Assembly (NCBI RefSeq): GCF_018977255.1
Contig: NW_024704743.1
Location: forward strand, 13,952,001-14,016,000
From: Callorhinchus milii
Lineage: Eukaryota
DNA length: 64,000 bases
Direction: 5' to 3'
Below the pieces are notes generated by a model, which was given only the letters and a program-made list of their open reading frames with translations, was not told where the DNA came from and did not search any database. This document shows, piece after piece, positions 26,981-38,900 of the stretch. The number at the start of each line of letters is the position of its first letter. The first letter of the stretch is position 1. The position numbers were made by a program, and so were the translations under genes.

Positions 26981-29900
26981 GGAGGTGGGGGGGGGTGTTA
27001 CAGATGACGCTGCATCAAAATCATCAGGGAAAAACGGGTGAATAGTTTCAAAAACCTGTCCTTGATGGTCAAACTAGTGAAGGTTAATTCCGAATGGAGG
27101 AAACGCAATGCAGTTCAATGGGGATTAAACTGCCCAAGGAACTGGTAGTGGCATGTTAAGAGGAAGAGAGAGTATGTAATTTTATTTGTCAGGTTTTTTG
27201 GTCTTCTATACCTCAAACAGTTGCAAGGTTTGTTATAGCTTTTAGTATTTCCATATTCTTCCAGAGGCTATTTGTGTCTCAAATCTATACTTATTGGCAC
27301 CTTCGTATATTCATATACAGAATATTGTCTGCCAAACATTAACATAAAGTATTTTTGAAATGTCATTATTTCACAACTTTTAAGTGTTTTGTCAACATGA
27401 ATGTAATGTTAAATGCAATAACTCTGGAGAATAAAGCCCACTAAAAAGCATCTGTTTAATGGGCTATTCTGAAAGAAAACCCTTTTGAAGATGTTCAATT
27501 TCAAACCTTTCTACTTAAGTTGGATGAAGATCAGTATAAATTGGTAGAAATCTCTTTATCACACATTATCACGCATGTGTGCTACTATGATCTTAATGCT
27601 GCATTACAGCATTTATTTGACTGCAGGATTCTGTACCCCAGCCATCTGTAGAGGCCAGTTTCAGCATGTAAATGGGTATGACACCGATTTAAATACCATT
27701 TTGCTCAGTTGAGCAATGAATCAACTAGAGGCCAGGGGGGAAATAAATGGTTAGGTTACAGATACATATTTGGTGCATCTAGAATCAGATAATCTGTTAA
27801 GAGGCATTGGCAGCAGCCTGGAATGCAAAAAGTGACCCCATCCTTAAAGCTGCCATGGAGAGAGATAAGCAAACTGTTGCTTAAAGATCTTGTCTTTTAT
27901 TATTGAATTTGGAGTCCTGTGGTGAGAGCACTCGTCTTGCAAGCGAGAGGACCTGGGTTCAATTCTCGGGCAGGGCGAAATGTTGGGCAAGTTTCCATAC
28001 TCCAAATGCCTCTGTTTACCCAGCAGTACGTAGGAACCCAGTTGTTAGTCAATTTGATGGATCGCTTTTCTGGGGGTAATAATTCCTTCAAAATAAATAA
28101 ACATTTGGTCACTCAATCCACGACTGTTTGTGGGACAGCAATTGGCTGCCGCGTTTCACTCACAAAATATACAGTCAATTCACTTTACAGTATATTCTGT
28201 GAACAACAACAACAACAAGATTCCATTTATTGAGCGCCTTTCACGTCGGGAGGACGTCCCAAGGCGCTAGTGAAGCGCTTTGAGACATCTTAAAGACGTG
28301 ATAAGGCGTTTTATTATTATTAGAATTTATACCATTATTCAATGAGAATTAACAACCCATTTATAACATATTGCTTATGGAATAAGCCCAGGTTATTTGA
28401 AGCTATGTATTTACTGCATTTCACATCCTTTCAAAGATGTAATGAATTGGAAATAATACATTTTAATAGTTCGTACCTCTGAATATTTCCCTCTATAGTT
28501 GTTCAAGCTTCGTTCTATCCTACGGAACTGATGGGATGATGGATCCTTGCTAAGACTCTCAAAATTGGAGTCTTCTGCCTCACTTTCTATGTCCGAGGAT
28601 GGATCAAAGGTGGTACCAGAGCCAGGAACATCTGTGTCTATTCGATTGAGAGACTCTCTTGAAGCAGTTCGTACCAATGTTTCTTTGGAAGGAGATCGGA
28701 AAAGTTCTTTTGCAGATGTTCGAAACAGAGATTCCATGGATGGAACCCGAAGCTGAAGTTTCTGTGTAAAAGACTGTGCCTCAGGCTTCTGAGGCAAAAA
28801 ATAAAACTTATTTATAATTAATAAACATTCACACTGTTTCACAAAAGCAGCAAAAAGGATATATTTGATTCACTAAACTTATAAAACCTGCACTTGCTTT
28901 GTGTGAGAAAGTATGTTTTATCCATTTTTAGTAGAAATAATCTTTTTCTAGAATTTTAATATTACTTTGTCACATATTTGTTTATTTGATAATCGATGCA
29001 ATAATCTCAATGTAAAAAACCCCACCATTCTTGTAGACATTCAGCTGCGTAACCCAAAAAATGCAATATATTTTCAATTTGCTTTCAAGTTGAATCAATT
29101 AAAATTGTGGCATTTGAGAGGATAACATTTTAATTGATTCTGTGCCGCATTATGAAAACATAAAAGCTTTTTTTGTTCACATTTCTTCAAAAGCAAAGTA
29201 TTCCCATTTCATGCTTAGTGGTCATCTACTGCCCCCACTGCAAAATGCTTTGAGATTTTCTTGTATGTCAAGGCACGTACTTACCAATAATTTGTAGAAA
29301 TTAGAAATAAAGTAGGCATTACTAAAATAACTGACTTAATATTGCATTGATACCAGAAAACACTAGAAGTGTAAGATAAAATACAATTACTAAATACATC
29401 ACTGACTTTATATTGTGCTAAATAAAAAAAATCTTATTGCAGTATTAGATGAATGGCTTCTTGTTGGCCTGAAAGCTCTAGTAAGCAGAGTAAAAGTTCT
29501 AGTTCTCACTTTGCACCTTAAATATATTGCAAGTTAAGGGCAAAAAGTATTTACCCCCCTTCACCATTTCTTTTCGCAAACTAAAAACAAAACAATGTTG
29601 CAAGATATGAGCTGACATACTACCTTGTGAATAATAATAATAATAATAATAATAATCCTTGCATTTGATATAGCGCTTTTCACATCGGGAGGACGTCCCA
29701 AAGCGCTTCACAGAACACACTGTAAAGTGAATTGACTGTATATTTGTGGGCAAACGCGGCAGCCAATTGCGCACAGCAATGTCCCAAAAACAGTCGTAGA
29801 TTGAAAATGACCAATTTATTATTGTTTTTGGTTTTGGAGGGATTATTATTAGGAGTGTGGAGTAAGGAAACTTGCCCAAGGTTTCGCCCTCTGCCTGGAA

Positions 29901-32900
29901 TTGAACTCAGGTCTCTCGCTTACAAAGCGAGTGCTCTAACCACTGAGCTACAGGACTCCATGTATACTGCAATCAGCAAATTGTCCCTCAAGGCAGGCTG
30001 TTTTCTAAATAAACCTGTCACATTCTGTACTATCTAACCTGGTATCTGTGAATAGTATTCTCACTAAATCATACATAAATACAGTATTATTTTTCATCTG
30101 ACAGGGAGCCAGTGGAGTTTGGCAAGGACTGGGGTAATCGGGGTTCAGTGTGGGTGAGAATGCGGGCATCGGAGTTTTGGATGAGTTGAATTTTGTGAAT
30201 AGTGGAGGAGGGATGGATGGATACAAGGTACTTCAGTGGGCCAATAACTGGTGTCCTATACTTAACTACAAAGAAATGCATCAACGAACTAAATTAGCCA
30301 TGGTTAATGGCTTATCCTTCATGTAGTACCTTTAGTATTTGTTGCTTGCTTACCAAGATGTGTTTCTAAATAGTTATTTTAATATTAATTTCTACACCAC
30401 TCAGTTTTTGAATATACATGAATAGATAGAGTTTGACCATGCAGAAAATTATAGGAGCAAGATATTTATTTCTCTTGCTGTCATTACAAGTTGCAGCTTT
30501 GCATTTTGGTTTTTAATTCCCGCTAGCATCAGTTTATATATTGACCACAGAAAGCCTTGCCCTATTGCTGACAGTCACGTATTAGCAACATCATTATGTT
30601 GCTTCAGGTATTTTTCCTCTGTTTACCTAGCAGTAAGTAGGAACCCGATTGTTAGTCGATTGGCAGATCGCTTTCAGGTGGTAATGATCTCTTCAAAATA
30701 AATAACAATAATTTGGTCACTCACTCCACGACTGTTTGTGCAACACTGCTGTGTGCAACTGGCTGCCGCGTTTCGCCCACAAAATACAGTCACTACACTT
30801 TACAGTATTTTCTGTGAAGTGCTTGAGATATCTTGAAGATGCGATAAGGCACTATATCAAATGCAACGATTATTAATGACATTGTCATGCTCAAGAGCAA
30901 TTACCTGAGGGGTAACCAAACCATCACCGTTAAAGTCATCTGTGAACTTTGAAGATAATACATTTTCTTCTGAGGTCCTAAGTACATTCTGTGAACAAAA
31001 AGTATAAAATCAATCACACTTTTTATTAAAAAAACTAATATTTTTAAGAAAAGCAATACAGGTAGCATCCCCATTTCCCTCAAAGTACTTTTCACCATTT
31101 AAAAAAAATCACAATTATTCTCTTAACTTTCGGTTAGGCGTAATGCACTGAGCATTTAACAGTTTTTGAGTCTGTTCTTGAAAGCTACTGGATTACAGGT
31201 ATTGGAAGTTCCAAATCTATTTTCCATCATTTGTGATCCTCCTATGCAGCGATGGAGACTCAGTAGCAACAAGTTAAATCCTGCATCTTCTGTGGGTTTT
31301 ATATCTATTTTCAACTAATTGAGTTTCTTTTTCAGTCCTGCTCGTAATCTATTGCTTGAAACATTCAGTGAAATAGTATGTGCTCCAAACATTTTTAATA
31401 CAAATACAGGTTAAAATCAGCAGTAGTCTTGAGCAGGGAACAGAGTAGAAGATTAGTTCAGTAGCACATTTAGAATTAGGGCAAAGTTAATTATCCATAT
31501 AAATCACACGACGACCAACATATACACACACAAACATACATACACACACACCACTTTGTGATCAAAGGTTTTCCAATACTTATTGTACATGTTATGATAA
31601 CTGTAGGAATATGTTCCATATCTGCTGCATCATTGGCCTGTGTGAGAATGGAGGTAGGAACTGTTATTTGAAATTAGATGCTTTATAATGTACTGTGCTT
31701 ATTGCTGAGCAGAATAATTTTCCTTTCTATTCAACAAACCTTAGAAAATACCATTTTGGGGGCATCTATGTCAAGGTATAGAGCTTCCAAATTACGAATG
31801 AATTTAAGAATTCACCAAAACTCTGTGCAATCTTAATTCTTCAACACATTGGTCTACATCAAACCATGACAATTTTTGGTTCTCAGCTTGGGGAGTAACA
31901 AGGTTGTAACAAAGATTATGTAAGGCAGGAGATAGTATTCAGTTCACTGGCAAAAAAATTGTGAAGCAGCACATATTGGTAATGGGGGAAGGAAACACAC
32001 TTTTAAGTAGTAAGGTTTTAAACAGAGCAGAAAACCAGAGGGACTTTGGTCGGAAAATACATGCCATAAATAGGCGGACTCCTTAATTTTATATCCAAAG
32101 GCATAGAACATAAAAGGAAACTTTGAACATCGAGAAAAGCTTACTTAAACTACTTTTGGGAATATTGTGTACATATTTTGGCACTGTTATACAAAAGCTA
32201 TAAAACTAATGGAAAAGACAACAGAAAACCTGCATATCACTGAACTGAGTACTAGGTAGGAAAGAAGAATTTACTCAATTATTTTTAGCTTATTTGTTCT
32301 ACTCATTGAAAAAAACTTTCAGAATGCATAGACCACATTCAACCAAATGTAAGAATCTAATCACCCTTGTTACTTTTGAATTGTGATTACCTTATGGTGC
32401 AAATAATCTTAAAAATGCATTATGAAGTACTAATTGGTTAGGTCAAATGCCAATAAAACATCTTTCCATATGCATGTTACTTTTTTTTTAAAAAAGTTTA
32501 AATTAACATGTTAAGTGTATACCTCCATCGATTTTTTTAAAAATTAAGTGATGCACTTGAAAGCGTTTTGTTTTATCGTCTAAATAAAGGACTAGGAGGT
32601 ATGTATGATAGAGCTCTAATAGATGGCACCAGACTATCAGGAAGACAAGTTTTAGATCAGAATTACCATAAGGGGGCGAATTCCTTGTAGTAAAGGGGCG
32701 GGGCAGAGAGAGAAGAGAGAATGTGGTGATGGAAAATTGTATTCCATTCAAGTAAAGACTTGGATGCACATCACCCATCTATAGCATTGCTTGGGGGTAA
32801 TGAGTACTTTGCTTTGAAAATAAAAATATATCAAAGTAAATAGTGCTTTTGGATGCAGCTGAATAACGTTGCATTGAATGTAGCCAATACTTAACCTGGA

Positions 32901-35900
32901 TTCTATACTGTAATATCATTGACTAATAGATCACAGAACACTGCTATTCACTCAGTTTCCTTTCCTCTGTGCATCAGTCGATTAGTACAAAGAATAGATT
33001 ATGCAGAATTCAGATTTAGTAGATTAATTTTTAGAATTGTCAATTCATTATAAACCCAAACACCTGAAGTTATAACTAGACATCTAATTGAAAGTGACAA
33101 GCAGCTACTAACATTTCAAAATTGACGTTTTCGAAGAATTTCCTTAAACAGGGGAGCTAAAATAATTAACACACATTACACACTAGTTTCAAAAAAATTT
33201 TTCCCCAAATAGATTGCTTTCAATTTAAAATTAATATCAGTAAATGTCACATCCTTGCAAATAATTATTTTATGAGTTTGCAAGATTGCAACTCTTTACA
33301 GCTACGTTCTAACGATTGAGGCTGCAGTGGAATAGCTTTGATCTGATATTTATGTCTCATCAGCTCCCACCCCACTGGCTCAGGTGCCAACCTAGTAAAG
33401 TCTTTGAGACATCCTTCTGACATAAAAGTCACTGTATAAATAAATGTGTATTGTATCTCAGCTATCATACTTCCCATTGTTTTTATAACTACAACTACAG
33501 TGTGCATCACATCTCTAGGTTAAGGTGAGTTATGAAAACAATGGGAAGTATGATAGATAAGATACAATACACATTTATTTATACAGTGACTTTTGGGACG
33601 TCCTCCCGACATGAAAGGCGCTCTATAAATGAAACCTTGTTGTTGTTAACATTCACAGCAGCAAATTTGCTCCATTTTCTATAAGTAATGGCACTATCCA
33701 AAGCCAGGGAGATGCAAACATCAGAGTCCAGGATCATTAAAGATATCTTTAAAAGTATTTTCCCCTCTTCATTTCCCCCTTGGTATCCTCTTTCCATCTC
33801 TGTGTGACCCTTCCATCTGGCTGTCGGATTTACCTCTATCCCTCAATGCTTTTCCCTCCTTTAATTTTCTTATTTGAAAGTAATTAAAACAAGAAATCAT
33901 TGAAGATTGTGATTGTTCACTGACTGTGTGCATGATTATTCCTCTCCTCATCCAACATCTGCTCAAAAGCATGTTCCAGTCAGGATTGTTGAAGCAGCAT
34001 CAATTTTGTTGGCAGTGTGAACGGTGTGCAAAATTTGCTGATAATTTTCCATTCAATATCAAGGAGTTCTTCTCAGTTCACATTTCCAGGCACATTCCAA
34101 ATCATGCACCCATGAAGAAATTATTTTTGTCAATTTGCCATCAGCTTGTCAATGCACATGAAGGCCTCGTGTGGTAGAAAACTGTCAGAATAGAATTATA
34201 ATTGGCAATCCCCTCCTGAGGCAAAAATGCCTAAGGATCTGATCTTTTTGATAGTCAGGTCCAAACCAAAATGTCAGATTATTTTCCATCCCTGAATAGA
34301 CTTGACTGTTCAAGTGAATAGCACCTGTTATTGCACATGGCAATCTCTGTGGAATCCAGAATATTGTCCTTCAATAAACTATGCACCTGGGAATGAATGT
34401 TATGACCTTTGGAAAACTTCAGCTAAATTAACTCTAAAACTCAACAATTCAAAATATTCCTGAGCTTGGGGAAGGGGCTACGTGGAAGGATATAAACAGC
34501 CTGAAATTCCACTTCTAACCACAATCCACAAACCCCTCCTGGAGTATGGAAATCTGGCAAAGGCAGTATTAGGATTGCTAAAAATCCCCCCCCCCCCCAC
34601 CATTGACTACCTTGCCAATGCTCAATGTCAAGAAGGCTTGTGCTTTTTTTTAAAAACTTTTTTTGTATGAATAATAGCTCATGTATGAATAATAGCTATT
34701 TGGATAATAAGCAGGGAAATACTCTACTTGGAAGACAAAAGTCAAAAGCCCTCATGAGATAGGGAGTTTGAAAACTGGTGAAGAAAACAGGACACCCAAA
34801 ACAGTCAATCAAAAACTGGAGCAATCATCTTTTATTTTCATCTTCAATGAATTTCTTTTTGATATCTCTTCCTTTCTCTCAATTTCATGTTTTATTCGCT
34901 GTTCCCTTCCATTTTCTGCTTTCTCTCTGTCAATGTTCTTGAATCAGTGTAAAAGAACATTATTACTTTCATCTCCATCTTAATGCAAATGTGATCTATT
35001 CATCTCAAAAAACACAAGACAACCACACACAGTCATGACAGTCTTTTAGGGTAGGGTCAAAAAAGTACAAGCATTCTTCTCTGATACGAAACATCTGACA
35101 ATTGACAAACACACAAAAAAAAACTTACCATCACACTTTTAAAACACTATTAACTCAAGTGTAATGGTTTAGATGTACATTTATAATGTACATTTATAAT
35201 GTACATCTGAAGTATATAACAAGTACAACAGATTCAATTTTCTAGAAATTTCAGCCCTGGAAACCCTGCTGTATTTTTTCCCTATAGGAATGCATATTTG
35301 AAAAAGTATATGGTAATTTATTTGAATTCAGATTTACCATTCCAGGAACTATGGATATAGCTGCAGAGTACTAGTTTTGTCAGCAAAGGGAGAATGGATA
35401 ATCTATTCCAAAAAATATTTTGTCCATTCACTGATTCTGTTCAAATTTGAACTCAATTTGGTAACATTTGTTGAAAACTCTAGTTTAAATGCAATTAAGT
35501 CCAAATTAATCCATTAAACAAACCATTTGCTGCAATTCATCTATTTAGTCTACCTTAACTTCTAAACAACACCAGTACAGATGCAAGCCAATGACTACCA
35601 TCCCTTGAAGTAAACCTTTGCTTCTTAAGCATTAGTTCACAAAAACATACATTGTTGGTTATTATTCACAGCAGCCAATAGCTGAATATTTAAAATTATT
35701 ACAGCAAAGCTTCAGCAACTTGGTACATTAACATCTAAGGATTTCATTATTTTATTGCAGAGGCTTTCTCCTTTGAGAGATGCAATGATTGTAAGGTGAA
35801 AAATGCAAACTAAGAATATATTTTTTTTAAAAAACGAAGTATAAAGCTGGATATACGTAAAGTTAAGCAAGTGTATGTATTCCAAAGGAGACACCAGCCT

Positions 35901-38900
35901 CAGCTAACGTCTAATGAGATCCTTAGATTAACTCAGGGTTAAAGGGTAAATGCCTTTGTAAGAAAGCAAGCCTCTAGTAGCACAACTTCTTCACTTGCTA
36001 AACATTTCTCCTACCCTGCCAAAGGCATTGTTGGGAGGGTCGGAGGACTCACCACATTGACACTCAGCGGCTTAGGCCGTTTGGTGCTTTCCAAAGCAAA
36101 GATAGTATATTCAGAGAGAAAAGCAGGCTCTGCAATCATCCCGGCCAGCAGCTGTTGCATTCATAAGCAAGGAGAAGAACAAAGAAAAATAAAGAAAGCT
36201 CAAGAGGAAATGTTGCATATACTTTTGACACAATGGAAAACCGATTTACATCAATGTTCTCGTTGTGAGAGGATTCAGAGCACTTGCTTTCAGGTTTTGC
36301 GGTCAATATATATTGAAAGGCAAGGCTTCAGGAATTCACTTTTGTGTTGTGTGCTGATTAGGTTTTCCAATGAGGAAAGGCAATGTTGGGAAATTATTTT
36401 TTATTTTTGCACCAAATGTATCATCCAAAATGTATTCCTTAGATGGGGTTATAAGCAGTTTATATTTTCTCTTATACTTTACCAAGAATCCCTTGATTTC
36501 ACCCCCAGTCTCAGAACATATGCTTTGTTTGCTAAATGAATTCAAAAGTCTGGAAGAATAAGATCCAAAAACACAATGCTGATTGTGATTATGAAGTGTA
36601 ATAGGTTTAGAGAAGGGAAAACACTGACCCCTACTATGTAGAAGCAATTACAGGGTTGCATAATTTGCTCCAAAGCTCACTTAATATTCTGATTTAATCA
36701 GGCTATTCTGTTCAAGTATACTGAACCTGGCAAGAGCCAAAACACCCAAATGCTCCAAGGTGACAGAGAGAGCAATTTCACATTGATTTTACATTTCTGA
36801 AGAAAACAGCACCATCAGCTCTCCAATACAAATCAGCAACATCACAGACCTAACGAGTCACAATGGTAAAACAAGATTAGCTCCTCTTGCCTTCCACAGC
36901 TCATATGGGATGGTGCCAAGCAGCAGTGCAGAGAAAAAAAAACTGAACGACATTTGATTGAATCATTCGGGAGTGTGGGTAGTGGAAGACATGGAGGAAA
37001 AGGGAAGAAACATTATGTATATCCTTGAAAAAGCAAAATTCTTACATCTTGAATGATTAGTTGAACAGTTGCTGCAATTAATTCAAAAAAAGACTAAAAA
37101 TCTGCATGTACAGCTAATCTCTGAGCACTCCAAGATGTAGCGAAGGGCGCTACATAATTGCAAGTTGTTATACCTCAAAACCAAATTTGAAAGCCATTAT
37201 TATCCTATACAAAGTTAATTTAAAAAGGATTAATTGATTATCTCCATAATTCACATAATATGGAAGAAAGACACAGTATTAGAACAACTTAAAATAGAGT
37301 TCTATGGGGTAGTATTAAGTCTCCCATCGGTCTGGTAAAGGTAAGTGAACATATCTGGGTAGTCTACTGTGTAACACTAATCAGTGGACTATTTCAGTGA
37401 ATAGTTTGTTTTCTAAAGGGGAATCAGAAAGTACTTCTGATGGAAGTAAATGGAATTTTGTTGTACTTCAAAGGCTATCAATTAACAATCAGTGCAACAC
37501 GGAGTGGGATTTACCCAAAAAAGTTGCAATTTTAACACTGTGGTTGCAAATATTCACAAATGCTCTACTCAAAATACTGTGTAAAAAAACACATGACTTT
37601 GTTAGAAGTATTTGACTTAAAAGTTTTCTTTTAAGGTGGTAGAAAAGAAATATGCAGTAGTACATTTTGTAAGAATGCTCCTTTCAGGGAAACCCAAAGA
37701 CCTTACATTTTAAAATTAATACTTACCTGAACATGTGTTAACAACATACAGGTAAAAGATGCAAAATTCAGACGGTTGCACATCAATACTACCCATCCTC
37801 CATACAAATATTTAAGTGGATCTATTTTTATGGTTAGAGCCCAATTAACTAAAAGATAGTCATGAATTTAATTCTACTACCCCTTTCAAACCACTACTGT
37901 TGGCCTTTTTAATCTCAGTTTGGTGTTTAACACCTTCAGAAACCAATCACCATGCTCAAGAACATCCATATTTGGCACCTACACATGGCAATTGCCTTGT
38001 GTCTGGAAAGGGAAATATACACTCTCTCCCTAAAGGGACAGAGAGTTTACCTAAATCCCCTTTATGTAGGGGTTGTTGGCTGGGCTACTGGAAGAGAGAT
38101 ACTCCTTTCTTTTTTTCAAATATTGCTATGGGATCTGTAACGTCCAGCTGAACAGGCAGATGGAACTTAAATGGAGCAATAGTATAATTATTCTATCGGC
38201 AAGAGAAGAGAAAAAGAACAGATTGGCCTGATGAAGTTTATCGGAGTGTGGGTGGGAGGGGATTGGGGGAGAAAGGAGGAGGAAAGAGGAAGAGGTTTTC
38301 TCAAGTGAAAGAAGCTCCCTGCAGGAGAGTGAACCTAATTAATGCACAATTGAAGGATAAAAGGAAGGCGGTACCACAGCCCAAGTATGATAAAATTCAA
38401 TAAAACAGATTATGAACAATTTTTAAATTATTGAAATGTCCCCATGATATTCATACCACTGGCTTGTTATGTGCCACCCTTTGAAACTCAGCAGCATACC
38501 ATATAGCAATGACAGCTGACTGTATGATTACAAGAAACCAATTCCCCAGACATCTTTAATATAAAAGTCCATTTGGTGCAACATACAAAATCACTGACTT
38601 AGTGCACCACAGAGAAATCATATGTTCTGCCAATCTCTCTCCAACACCCACCAAGCCAAAACCTTCTAATCCAGAAATCCTGGTTCTCTTTGCAAATTTC
38701 TCTGCTGCTCAAAGAGCCGACTCCTAGTTCCCTCAGACATCTCATCAATTCTTTGTTCATTTTAAACTGCACAGGTGGGTCAATGGGCTATTTGACCTTA
38801 AATCACAGCACAGCCAAACCCAATCCCATTGTCACCCAATACATACAGAAGTCACTGGATAGTGATCAAGAGCATGAATTCTGGTTCATTTTAACCAATC

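Noticed and set aside
34664..35210. Short tandem duplications (tgtatgaataatagct x2; atgtacatttata x2-3)
   Set aside because: Ordinary slippage products with no further structure
36057..36539. 160-aa plus-strand ORF
   Set aside because: Non-ATG start, antisense to GOLGA4 exon 3, no recognisable domain
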